Assembly: GCA_964390265.1 (NCBI GenBank)
Contig: CAYMHI010000003.1
Span: 1,332 to 65,331 of the forward strand
DNA length: 64,000 nt
Direction: 5' to 3'
Origin: an uncultured Candidatus Saccharibacteria bacterium
GTDB taxonomy: Bacteria > Patescibacteriota > Saccharimonadia > CAILAD01 > BJGX01
Shown: positions 29,453 to 38,379 of the stretch, one piece after another
Layout of the letters: each line of letters begins with the position of its first letter
Numbering within the stretch: the stretch's first letter is position 1
The notes under the pieces: model-generated
Told to the model about the DNA's origin: nothing
Databases searched by the model: none
The model's input: the letters and a program-made list of their open reading frames with translations, nothing else
Translations under genes and position numbers: made by a program

Positions 29453-29638
29453 GTACGTACTAGAGTATTATTTTACGCGTCACCCTCCATTGAACGCGTA
29501 CTGACTGCCAAATAGTTAACTTTGATTTTTGTATTGTTTTTGTAGATTTTTTGTTTTTATTTTATTTTTAATGAGCAATTGTCTTTTTGTAGATGATTTA
29601 TCTAACAAGACCATCAGATAGATTGCTGGCGCTTGGTA

Positions 29639-30001
29639 TTACTTTGCGCTAAGGCGAAAATACTTACCAGCTCGTACAGCGACAATGTTTTTTTTGCCAC
29701 CTAGCAATGCCATTTGATGAGCTTCTAGAGTAATGCGACCTTGTTTGCCATCGAGACGAGCAATTGTCTTGCCGGCTCGAAAGCGAACATTAAGGTCGGC
29801 TGTTGCCTCGTCAAGAATATCCCCCTGCAGAGCAGTCTCCATATCTTTATTCCAGACGCTCTCTGGGTATAAATGTAGATACTGCTTAAAACCTGGGGTT
29901 ATTACGATGTTTTTGCCAAACTCTTTGTGTAGTTGCGAGGGAATGGTCAGTCGGTTTTTATCGTCTAGCTTGCGTTCGAAGTAATCCATTGTTGTTTTCA
30001 T
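29639..30001 (-). CDS. mraZ: Division/cell-wall cluster repressor MraZ (short)
   Basis: LDDKNRLTIP and LDGKQGRI SpoVT/AbrB repeats; first gene of the dcw cluster. Confidence 0.88.
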   Translation of the reverse strand: MKTTMDYFERKLDDKNRLTIPSQLHKEFGKNIVITPGFKQYLHLYPESVWNKDMETALQGDILDEATADLNVRFRAGKTIARLDGKQGRITLEAHQMALLGGKKNIVAVRAGKYFRLSAK

Positions 30002-30027
30002 TGTTTAGACTTAGTTGTTAGTTTTTC

Positions 30028-30082
30028 TTACCCACTGTTACCCACTAACTTCATTATATACGCCTACTTACCCACTTGTAAA
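30028..30082 (-). promoter_or_regulatory. dcw promoter with MraZ-binding repeats
   Basis: AGTGGGTAA at 30028-36, 30038-46, 30068-76 (10-bp phase) around TTTACA-18-TATAAT. Confidence 0.85.
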
Positions 30083-30205
30083 TAGTTTTGATCAAAGTTT
30101 TTATGGTTATGTATCATTTTGTTTTGGCTCTATATAAGCTTTTTATTGAGTTTTGCGAACAGTCTACGAAAGCGCAGCGGGGATATTTTTGTTATACTTA
30201 TAGTC

Positions 30206-30703
30206 ATGAAGCACCGCAAACACATTGCACCCGACTATATACACAGCTCATTTTTTGGTTTAGAAGATAGCTTGGTATCTACCACCGGAGCGCTAGCCGG
30301 TATTGCTATAGGTGCCGGAAGTAAAGAGGTTATTTTAATGACCGCTTTAGTAATTATTGCGGTAGAATCAACATCTATGGCTGCCAGTGAATTTATTAGT
30401 GAAGAAACCGAAGAAGATATTGAGAAGCAAAAAGTTCCCGCTAGTCCATTAGTAAGTGGGTTAATAATATTTGTGAGCTACGTAGTAGCCGGTATATTAC
30501 CTCTTGCCCCCTACTTGTTTTTATCGCACCTGCAGGCTATTCCGGTCAGTATTGGCTTAGCGCTGGCAGGGCTGACAGTTCTTGGAATATTTAAGGGCAA
30601 AATTACTCATAAAAGCCCTGTACGCTCAGCTTTTGAAGTTCTTATAATTGGTGGTATCGCTGCCGGAATTGGGCTAGCCGTAGGTATAATATTTAAGGTC
30701 TAG
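30206..30703 (+). CDS. VIT1/CCC1 family Fe/Mn transporter
   Basis: FGLEDSLVST, SMAASEFIS, PLAPY; start at 30206 (TATACT 7 nt upstream). Confidence 0.85.
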   Translation: MKHRKHIAPDYIHSSFFGLEDSLVSTTGALAGIAIGAGSKEVILMTALVIIAVESTSMAASEFISEETEEDIEKQKVPASPLVSGLIIFVSYVVAGILPLAPYLFLSHLQAIPVSIGLALAGLTVLGIFKGKITHKSPVRSAFEVLIIGGIAAGIGLAVGIIFKV

Positions 30704-31416
30704 GACTGCCACTCTTTATAGAGCGTGTAGTCTACATTACTTTGGCCGCCATCAGCAAATATAACAGCACCATTTATATAGCTTGATTGCTCTGATAATA
30801 AAAATGTCACTATGTTTGCTATCTCTTGTGGGGTTCCAATGCGACCTAGTGGAGTAATTTCTTCAGCCGCCTTCTTGATAGTATCATTTTCTGGTCCCAT
30901 ATCTGTATCTATCCAACCAGGAGCAATTGCATTTACTCTTATTCCCTTGTAGCCAAGCACATTACCGAGGCTCTTGGTAAGACTAATAAGCCCAGACTTT
31001 GCTGCAGAGTACGCAAAACCTACAAATGCTCCTGTGGCAGCATCGTTACTAACTATATTTACAATTGCACTACCTTTTTCCATATTTTTGCTTAATGCTT
31101 CAACTACAATGTAAGGTGCGGTTAGCATAATTTCAATAGACTTATCCCACTTATCTAAGTCAAAAAGCTCTATACTTTCTTCTTCGAACAAACCCGCACA
31201 GTTCACAATATAATCAAATTTTACTGTACTCAATTCCTTGACTAAACTTAGTGTTTGATCCCTATTTGACAGGTCTACTCGACGATAAAGAATTTCTTCA
31301 TTTTTGGGTTTTGTAGTATTGTATGTACCCACTACTTCAATACCATCAGAAATGAGTTTTCTAGCTACAGCAAGTCCTATACCTTTTGACGCCCCTGAGA
31401 CAAAAGCTCTTTTCAT
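30700..31416 (-). CDS. Short-chain dehydrogenase/reductase
   Basis: GASKGIG, NCAG, YSAAK, NAIAPG. Confidence 0.92.
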   Translation of the reverse strand: MKRAFVSGASKGIGLAVARKLISDGIEVVGTYNTTKPKNEEILYRRVDLSNRDQTLSLVKELSTVKFDYIVNCAGLFEEESIELFDLDKWDKSIEIMLTAPYIVVEALSKNMEKGSAIVNIVSNDAATGAFVGFAYSAAKSGLISLTKSLGNVLGYKGIRVNAIAPGWIDTDMGPENDTIKKAAEEITPLGRIGTPQEIANIVTFLLSEQSSYINGAVIFADGGQSNVDYTLYKEWQS

Positions 31417-32774
31417 TTCAACTTATCGCCTAAATAGCTTTTTAGCTCAGTTATCTTAATCCGATCCTGCTTCATACTATCTCGCTCTCTAACCGTAACA
31501 GCCTGGTCTTCTAGGCTTTCAAAATCTACCGTAACACAATATGGTGTACCTATCTCGTCTTGGCGGCGGTAGCGCTTACCTATTGATTGGGTTTCGTCAT
31601 ACTCAACGTTGTAATCACCCGCTACATTCTTAAACACATCTCGAGACAAATCTGTCAGTTCAGATTTTTTACTGAGTGGCAAAATGGCAACTTTGACAGG
31701 CGCCAAATCGACCGGAAGGCGCAATACTACCCGCTCCTCATTACCGACTTTCTCGGTAGTGTAAGCATCGAGCAAAACCGCCATAAACAACCGCTCTACC
31801 CCCACTGAAGGTTCAATAACATAAGGTACAATACTCTCGCCACTCTCTTCATCAAAATAACTCAAATCTTTTCCAGACGCCTTCATGTGGCTTTTAAGAT
31901 CGTGGTCGGTACGATTAGCAATTCCGTAAAGTTCTTTAAACCCAAATGGATATTTGTATTGAATATCACTGCTGGCCTTGGCATAGTGGGCACGCTCGTC
32001 TTCACTGTGTTCATGCCATTTAAGATTATCGGCTTTAATGCCCAGACTCTGTACCCATTTGAGACAATCTTTCTTCCAAAACTCAAACCATTTTTCGGCT
32101 TCATCAGGGCGGGTAAAAATTTCAAGTTCCATCTGGCTAAATTCTCTCACTCTAAAAATAAAATCCCCAGGAGTAATCTCATTACGAAAGGCCTTACCTA
32201 TTTGAGCAATACCAAATGGTAGTTTCTTGCGTGCTGTTTCGCGCACCAAGTCGTATTGTGCGAAAATTCCACCAGCGGTTTCGGGTCGTAAGTATGTAGT
32301 GGCAGCATCGTCTTCTACCGGGCCCACGAAGGTCTTAAACATCATCTGAAAATTCCGTGGTTCAGTAAGAGTACCTTTTTTGCCACAACTCGGGCAAGCT
32401 TTGTTTATAATTTCAGCATTTAACTTGTTAAGATCGCTAGTATCCATATCGGCAACATGATCGGCGCGAAATCGATGTTTGCAGCTTTTACAATCAACCA
32501 TAGGATCTACAAAAGTATCGACATGACCGCTAGCCTGCCAAAGTTTGGGGTTTTGAATAATTGCAGAGTTTAGACCAATGATATTAAAGTTGCTGTATAC
32601 AAAGTGACGCCACCAAGACGCTTTAATGTTGTTGGCCAGTTCGCTACCATATGGCCCAAAATCGTAAAATCCAGATAGACCACCGTAAATTTCGCTGGCC
32701 TGAAATACAAAACCGCGCCTTTTACAAAAACTTACTAGTTCTTCCATACTGATATTCGATGATATTTTTTCCAT
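31413..32774 (-). CDS. glyQS: Glycine--tRNA ligase, dimeric (alpha2) type
   Basis: KRRGF..IYGG, LRPETA, GKAFRNEI, REF.QME, IEPS.G, RQDEIGTP. Confidence 0.96.
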   Translation of the reverse strand: MEKISSNISMEELVSFCKRRGFVFQASEIYGGLSGFYDFGPYGSELANNIKASWWRHFVYSNFNIIGLNSAIIQNPKLWQASGHVDTFVDPMVDCKSCKHRFRADHVADMDTSDLNKLNAEIINKACPSCGKKGTLTEPRNFQMMFKTFVGPVEDDAATTYLRPETAGGIFAQYDLVRETARKKLPFGIAQIGKAFRNEITPGDFIFRVREFSQMELEIFTRPDEAEKWFEFWKKDCLKWVQSLGIKADNLKWHEHSEDERAHYAKASSDIQYKYPFGFKELYGIANRTDHDLKSHMKASGKDLSYFDEESGESIVPYVIEPSVGVERLFMAVLLDAYTTEKVGNEERVVLRLPVDLAPVKVAILPLSKKSELTDLSRDVFKNVAGDYNVEYDETQSIGKRYRRQDEIGTPYCVTVDFESLEDQAVTVRERDSMKQDRIKITELKSYLGDKLK

Positions 32775-32788
32775 AAAGATATTATACC

Positions 32789-33508
32789 CTACAAATCATT
32801 ACCTTGAAAAACTTTGGTGCTTTTAAATTTAATATCAAAATGATATTCATAGTAGCGCATAAGTAACTTCTCACCTTCTTCAATTGCGTGGCTAATATTC
32901 TGTAATTTAGCAAGACTACTAAGTTGATGTGACAATATTAATCGCCATAGCTTAATTGTAGGTATAGAAATTATGCCATAGTGGCCCTGCGGCCTAGATC
33001 TAGATAATTTACCCGACCCGTATACCAAATAATGATTATTACCTAGCTTTGTATCGGTTAAATCTGGTTGATTACCAGTTGAGCTTAAAAAATTAAGACC
33101 AAAGTATTGACGAACCAGCAAAGCATCTACTCCAGTATGCAGAGCTCGTAAACATTCTGTAACTAAATTTATAGCTGTTGTGTTAGGCTCCCCTTCGGCT
33201 GATAATTTTCCTAAAATTTCTATTATTAAATAAGCTGTTTGAAGGGCTTGCGAACTCAATTTTGATAAATCAGACAATTCTATTGCTTCCGCACCAATAA
33301 TAATATCTAAATTTCTACCTTTGGTGAGTCTTATCTTGCAAAGCGTAAATGGCTCTAAGTGTCCGGCTAGTTTTGCCTGGGCCTTCCTAACCCCCTTAGC
33401 AATTGTCTTTTGTTTACCCTCTTCAATGCTAAATATTGTTATTATGCGATCAGCTTCACCAAGATTTTGATGATGAATAATATAACCAGTCAGCTCCCTG
33501 TACTTCAT
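32789..33508 (-). CDS. recO: DNA repair protein RecO (no Zn finger)
   Basis: GEADRIITIFS..GK...AKGVRK...KL. Confidence 0.85.
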   Translation of the reverse strand: MKYRELTGYIIHHQNLGEADRIITIFSIEEGKQKTIAKGVRKAQAKLAGHLEPFTLCKIRLTKGRNLDIIIGAEAIELSDLSKLSSQALQTAYLIIEILGKLSAEGEPNTTAINLVTECLRALHTGVDALLVRQYFGLNFLSSTGNQPDLTDTKLGNNHYLVYGSGKLSRSRPQGHYGIISIPTIKLWRLILSHQLSSLAKLQNISHAIEEGEKLLMRYYEYHFDIKFKSTKVFQGNDL

Positions 33509-33897
33509 TGTTCTTTATTTAATGATAGTAAGTGCCCAATATTTTTTACCAATTGCCCTGGTGTTATGCGTGTTTTTACATAGTAGGCATCTACGCCTAA
33601 GCTATCACGTACGCTATTATGCAGATTAATATCTGGCTGAGTAAGATTAGTTAATATAACTATCTTGGTTTTTTTAAGGTTAATATTTTGTCGCATTGAC
33701 TTAATTAATGCTATTCCGTTAGTGCCAGGCAAGAGAATATCTACAATCACACAATCTGGGGTATTTTTTACTAGCCAATCAAGCGCGGCTTTGGCATTAT
33801 TTTTTGTAGTTAGCTTATAATTTGCATTAGTAAATTTGAGTTTATACATTTCACTCAAAATTTTATCTTCTTCTACTAAGAGAATACTCGGTTTCAT
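33505..33897 (-). CDS. Single-domain response regulator
   Basis: ILLVEED, VDILLP, ILTN, YYVK. Confidence 0.8.
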   Translation of the reverse strand: MKPSILLVEEDKILSEMYKLKFTNANYKLTTKNNAKAALDWLVKNTPDCVIVDILLPGTNGIALIKSMRQNINLKKTKIVILTNLTQPDINLHNSVRDSLGVDAYYVKTRITPGQLVKNIGHLLSLNKEQ

Positions 33898-33907
33898 TTA
33901 CTTAACT

Positions 33908-34639
33908 CTACTCCTTTAACGGCGATTCATCAAATACATTGAGCTGCCGCGCAAGCGGGACATGAATATATAAAAACTGCTGATTTTGCACCAACTTTGT
34001 TGTAATTGTTACATTTAAGCATTGGAGTATTGCTACTACGTAGCCACACACAATCAAATCTAGATTCATATTTTTGATTGGCCCAAGGTATTTGGTGGAG
34101 TTTGAAAACACATGAAAAATATCTTTTTCGAGCCAAGAGTGCTTGGGTGCTCTAATGGTAATAACGCCATAGCGAGCACTTTTTCTAAAACCTAGAGTTA
34201 GTCTTTTGGTTGTCGTAAAAGCAGTTAGTAAAACACCAAGGGTTTGGGCTAATGCCCCAAGCTGAGTATAAATAAGTATTTTGTCGTTAATACTATTCAT
34301 ATTAAACTTAACACCTTCAAAATTTTTATAAATCTCTTCAACCAGCTGCTTGAAATAAAAGCTTTTACTAGCACTCTCCTCTAGACCAGTAAGAATTTGT
34401 AACGAATCAAGTAACACTACAGTTTGATGATAATTTTTAGTTAACCGAGTAAGTTGACCAATTATAGACCGTTGTTTGGAGTTAGCCTTGAGGTTCAATT
34501 CCTCTAGGTATCCCAGCATGGCTCGCTCAGAATTATTAATGTTCTTTGTGATGCCAAAAAGTGTAAATGTTAGGCCATTTTGGGCGCTCCATTCTTTCTT
34601 TACTGCATCAATACTGTTTATACCCTCCAAGATCTTCAT
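33908..34639 (-). CDS. Hypothetical protein, possibly a degenerate histidine-kinase fold
   Basis: Helical N-terminus and HATPase-like topology ending IHVPL, without H/N/G boxes; upstream of a receiver gene. Confidence 0.4.
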   Translation of the reverse strand: MKILEGINSIDAVKKEWSAQNGLTFTLFGITKNINNSERAMLGYLEELNLKANSKQRSIIGQLTRLTKNYHQTVVLLDSLQILTGLEESASKSFYFKQLVEEIYKNFEGVKFNMNSINDKILIYTQLGALAQTLGVLLTAFTTTKRLTLGFRKSARYGVITIRAPKHSWLEKDIFHVFSNSTKYLGPIKNMNLDLIVCGYVVAILQCLNVTITTKLVQNQQFLYIHVPLARQLNVFDESPLKE

Positions 34640-34700
34640 TACTATCTAGACTAACTGCTACAGCAAGTTGTTGGCAAGCATTAGCAATAATGTGTGTTAG

Positions 34701-35414
34701 CTATGGATTGAGGTGAACATTTTTGACGATAGCGTTAAATACATCTATATAGGTGGCGTTATCGTCGGTCTGAATAGTAAATGTTTTATCACGTAAAGGA
34801 ACCATTACGATTGTACCGTTTGGAATTTTAGTACCAATTTGTCCGGTATATCGCATACCTTTAATGCCTGAAACTGTGGTTTCTTCGGCCGTTACTTTTC
34901 TTTTGGCTACAACTTTTTCTTGAGCTAAAGTATCGAGAGGCTTTTTGAGTGAATCGATTGATTTTTCAGCCAGAGCAAATCTTAGGGCATATTGAGTCAG
35001 CTTGGTGTTTACTTCGTCAGGCATAGCAATTCCAGAGATAGTATTACCACTATCTTCTGGCGTGGTAGTGAGACTCCATGATTTGGGAATATCTATAGTG
35101 AAGCTGCCAGCGGCCTCAGGGGCAGTGTAGGTTCTAAAATCAGCATTGAGTTTTTTTGCAAATTGCTCTTCATCGAGTTTCTTTTGGGCCGTCGCACCCT
35201 CATTTTGGCCTTGTTTTAGGGTTGCAGCAATTTTGTTGTCATTGATAAAAGCCTTAGCGCCAAATACCATAACCAATATTAATAATATTGCAGCCACTCC
35301 ACCAAGAACCATCAGCAAAGTCTTATAGAGCTTTTCTTTTTTGTTGCCAGGGTTACCGTCAGGTTTACTGGTAGGTACTTCTGGAAGATTATTGTATGGT
35401 ACTTGGGGGTCCAT
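34701..35414 (-). CDS. Membrane-anchored hypothetical protein (PsbP-like fold possible)
   Basis: Single TM, F.IDIPKSW, beta-rich C-terminus. Confidence 0.6.
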   Translation of the reverse strand: MDPQVPYNNLPEVPTSKPDGNPGNKKEKLYKTLLMVLGGVAAILLILVMVFGAKAFINDNKIAATLKQGQNEGATAQKKLDEEQFAKKLNADFRTYTAPEAAGSFTIDIPKSWSLTTTPEDSGNTISGIAMPDEVNTKLTQYALRFALAEKSIDSLKKPLDTLAQEKVVAKRKVTAEETTVSGIKGMRYTGQIGTKIPNGTIVMVPLRDKTFTIQTDDNATYIDVFNAIVKNVHLNP

Positions 35415-35420
35415 GATATA

Positions 35421-35942
35421 TTAAAGGTTCTTTTGCCCTGGCTCCCAGTCTATTGGACACAATCCACCCGTCTGCAAAGCCTTCACTACTCTCATAGTTT
35501 CGTCCACGCTACGACCTACATTACTATCAGATATCACTACGTATCGCAGATTGCCTTCAGGGTCAATAATAAACGTTCCTCTTTCGGCTTCGCCATTTTG
35601 CTCATTTAAAACCTCGTAGTCACGTGACAGCTGGTGGTTAGTATCGGCCAAAACCGGAAACTCTACATCTGACAAATCACGCTCAAACCAAGCTTTATGC
35701 GAGTGTACGCTATCGGTACTTACTCCTAAAATCTCTGTGTCGATTTTGGCAAACTCCTTGGAGTGCTTGGCAAAACCATTTATTTCGGTTGGACACACAA
35801 AAGTGAAATCTCGGGGATAAAAGAAAAGCACCACCCACTTACCTTTGTAATCTTTTAAGCTAACTTCTTTGAAATCATCTTTTAATCTCTTTTGATATGC
35901 CGGGACTGAAAATTCTGGTGCGGGTTGATTTAGTTTTAACAT
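35421..35942 (-). CDS. ahpC: 2-Cys peroxiredoxin
   Basis: FYPRDFTFVCPTE and LCPIDW. Confidence 0.93.
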   Translation of the reverse strand: MLKLNQPAPEFSVPAYQKRLKDDFKEVSLKDYKGKWVVLFFYPRDFTFVCPTEINGFAKHSKEFAKIDTEILGVSTDSVHSHKAWFERDLSDVEFPVLADTNHQLSRDYEVLNEQNGEAERGTFIIDPEGNLRYVVISDSNVGRSVDETMRVVKALQTGGLCPIDWEPGQKNL

Positions 35943-35951
35943 AATTTTCTC

Positions 35952-36569
35952 CTATTGTTTTTTGTTAAATGTAGGAATATTTTGTTCTATTCGCTTATTG
36001 ACAATATTCCAATCTATTAATTGCATAAAAGCCTCAATATAACCTTTGCGAGCCGTTGCATAATCTAAGAAATAGGCATGCTCATACACGTCAAGTACCA
36101 ACAACGGCACGGTAGACCATATACCACCTTGGTTGTGAACATCGCATATATAGTTATCTACGGTTCCTGCTTCGTAATCCCAGGCTAGCACTACCCAGCC
36201 ACGCGAAGCCAATCCCATAGCTGCAAACTGGTCGGCCCATGTATAAATACTACCCCATTTATCTTCTATTAACTCTTTTATTGCACCAGCACAATCTTGT
36301 CTTTGGTCGGTCATATTCTCAAAGTACCACTCGTGTAATTTAACGCCGTTTAGGGCAAACCCCTTTTCAAGCTGTAACTCACGAAGTTCAGAATATGTTG
36401 CATTTGCAAGCTTATTGTCGACTTTTTCAAGTAATTCGACTATTTCATTGTATTTATTGACATAGCCAACGTACAAAACATCGTGGTGCTCTTGGAGTTG
36501 TTTTTGCGATATACCCTCGAGCTCGATATATTTTAACGGTTTTGGTTCTAGTTTTTGTAATTTACTCAT
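35952..36569 (-). CDS. Fe/Mn superoxide dismutase
   Basis: HH..Y.GYV, LHEWYF, DVYEHAY; start at 36569. Confidence 0.9.
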   Translation of the reverse strand: MSKLQKLEPKPLKYIELEGISQKQLQEHHDVLYVGYVNKYNEIVELLEKVDNKLANATYSELRELQLEKGFALNGVKLHEWYFENMTDQRQDCAGAIKELIEDKWGSIYTWADQFAAMGLASRGWVVLAWDYEAGTVDNYICDVHNQGGIWSTVPLLVLDVYEHAYFLDYATARKGYIEAFMQLIDWNIVNKRIEQNIPTFNKKQ

Positions 36570-36601
36570 GAGTCTATTGTAGCTTAAACCATAACTACTA
36601 G

Positions 36602-37084
36602 TCAAAACTTATAAAAATGCGTGTTTTTATTTTTATAAGTAATTTGAGTATTGGGCAGTTCAAATACAAAGCTAGCAAAGTAGCTACCAGTCTTCATTTC
36701 GCTACGAAGCTTCTCTTCTAGCTTTTGCATATGTTTGGTTAATAAAAAAGTAAATACCAAGTCTGCATTTGAAATGTCAGCCCTCCAAAAACTTTTAAAC
36801 TTGACCTTGGCATTAGGATACCTTCGCAGTCTATAAACCGAAATTAACCATAAATATGGGTTGATTTCATAACCAACGGCCCTATAGCCTTTTTGCGCGG
36901 CTAATAACACCATTCTGCCGTCACCCGAGCCTAAATCAATTACCAAATCATTTTTAGCAAGTTTTACTTTGTTAAATATTTGTTTTAAAAATTTTGTGTT
37001 GGTTGGCACGTATGGTGCCCCAAAAAATATTGAGTAACAATACAATAGTACAAGTACACCTGCTACACAGTATAGAATAATCAT
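36602..37084 (-). CDS. Membrane-anchored SAM-dependent methyltransferase
   Basis: GAPYVP, DLGSGDGR, GYEINP. Confidence 0.85.
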   Translation of the reverse strand: MIILYCVAGVLVLLYCYSIFFGAPYVPTNTKFLKQIFNKVKLAKNDLVIDLGSGDGRMVLLAAQKGYRAVGYEINPYLWLISVYRLRRYPNAKVKFKSFWRADISNADLVFTFLLTKHMQKLEEKLRSEMKTGSYFASFVFELPNTQITYKNKNTHFYKF

Positions 37085-37101
37085 ATATATTCCTTGGTAG
37101 A

Positions 37102-37569
37102 TTACTTATTTTCTTTTAGCCACTTTTCTACTTCACTCACCGTTTTGAGTGGTTGAATCTTGGGCCAAGCATGTAGAATTTCTAAATTTGGCCCTACAAG
37201 GACGGCTGAGCGAATTATTCCCATAAACTTACGTCCATACATGCTCTTTTGGCCCCAGGCTCCATAGGCTTCAATCATTTTAGTGCTAGGATCGGCCAGA
37301 ATAGTAAATGGTAACTTATGCTTTTGAGAGAATTTTAAATGACTGGCTACATCGTCTTTACTTACACCAATTACGTCAATCCCCTTGGCTTGTAGGCTTT
37401 CAAAATTATCACGTAAACTACAAGCTTGAGCTGTGCAGCCTGGCGTTTCGTCTTTGGGGTAAAAATATATCAGAGTAGTTTTACCCATTATGTCTTTTAA
37501 ACTATTCGGGATGTTGTTTTGATCTAATAATTTGTAATCTGGTGCTTGATCGCCCGCTTCTAATGCCAT
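37102..37569 (-). CDS. bcp: Peroxiredoxin Bcp/PrxQ
   Basis: YFYPKDETPGCTAQAC. Confidence 0.93.
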   Translation of the reverse strand: MALEAGDQAPDYKLLDQNNIPNSLKDIMGKTTLIYFYPKDETPGCTAQACSLRDNFESLQAKGIDVIGVSKDDVASHLKFSQKHKLPFTILADPSTKMIEAYGAWGQKSMYGRKFMGIIRSAVLVGPNLEILHAWPKIQPLKTVSEVEKWLKENK

Positions 37570-37573
37570 ATTT

Positions 37574-38293
37574 CTAGTTCCTCTCTCTTAAGTACTGATC
37601 CCACTTATGAAACAGTGCCGTGGTGGCCCGTAAATCATCAACATTGTAACGAGCTATCTCTAGGCCTTTTCCGGCCTTATAATACTCGCCTACCTGGCTG
37701 CCGTCCATTTCGCCCTTAGGCGAATCAATACCAAAAGCCCTGCACCACCGGTGTAAGCTGCCTCTATACATCGCTGTGCCATAAAAGCTCAATAGCTCGG
37801 CTAGATCATAATGTACTGCGCCTGGGTACCTGCTTGAGTTGTAACGATTAGATATAAGGTCTTTGCTGGGGCGAATACTGTGAATGGCCGAGCGAATATT
37901 GATATATGGTACATCTGAGCGACGCCCAAAAAAACTTATAAATTCATCAGCCGTTTCAGCCAAAGCCCAAAACTTTACCAATATTTCAGGCTCAGTCATC
38001 GGTACGTATTTGATATCACCTTCTTCTAAATCTTTTTGTTTCCCACTAGGGTCTTGATAATATACTGCACCCTTCTCGGTATCTATATCGTACACGCCAA
38101 TTGCCACAATAAATCCCGTGAGGGGGCTAAAAACCAATTTATCTTTTACATACTCAAGTTCTTTTTCGTACCCCTTGGGGTCTTCTTTTTTATCTGGCGC
38201 CTGTTTAAGTAAATCTTTTTGGGTAATGGCGTCAAAATCATCCCAGTTTTCGGCCGCAAACTCTACATCGAATACTAATCTTTTTTTCTGCAT
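37574..38293 (-). CDS. PolB-like 3'-5' exonuclease (DEDDy)
   Basis: VFDVE, D.PY, GIDSPK..DG..V, YN.DD; start at 38293. Confidence 0.8.
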   Translation of the reverse strand: MQKKRLVFDVEFAAENWDDFDAITQKDLLKQAPDKKEDPKGYEKELEYVKDKLVFSPLTGFIVAIGVYDIDTEKGAVYYQDPSGKQKDLEEGDIKYVPMTEPEILVKFWALAETADEFISFFGRRSDVPYINIRSAIHSIRPSKDLISNRYNSSRYPGAVHYDLAELLSFYGTAMYRGSLHRWCRAFGIDSPKGEMDGSQVGEYYKAGKGLEIARYNVDDLRATTALFHKWDQYLRERN

Positions 38294-38379
38294 TGGTTTA
38301 TTATACTCGACCTCAAACATTATTCCCAGTACCTAAGAATATGATTGGTCATTCAGAAGGTATTTTTACTTACATTATA

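Noticed and set aside
30028-30076. Direct repeats as a novel or CRISPR-like array
   Set aside because: They are 9-bp MraZ operator repeats; no CRISPR-size repeat-spacer pattern was seen anywhere in the window.
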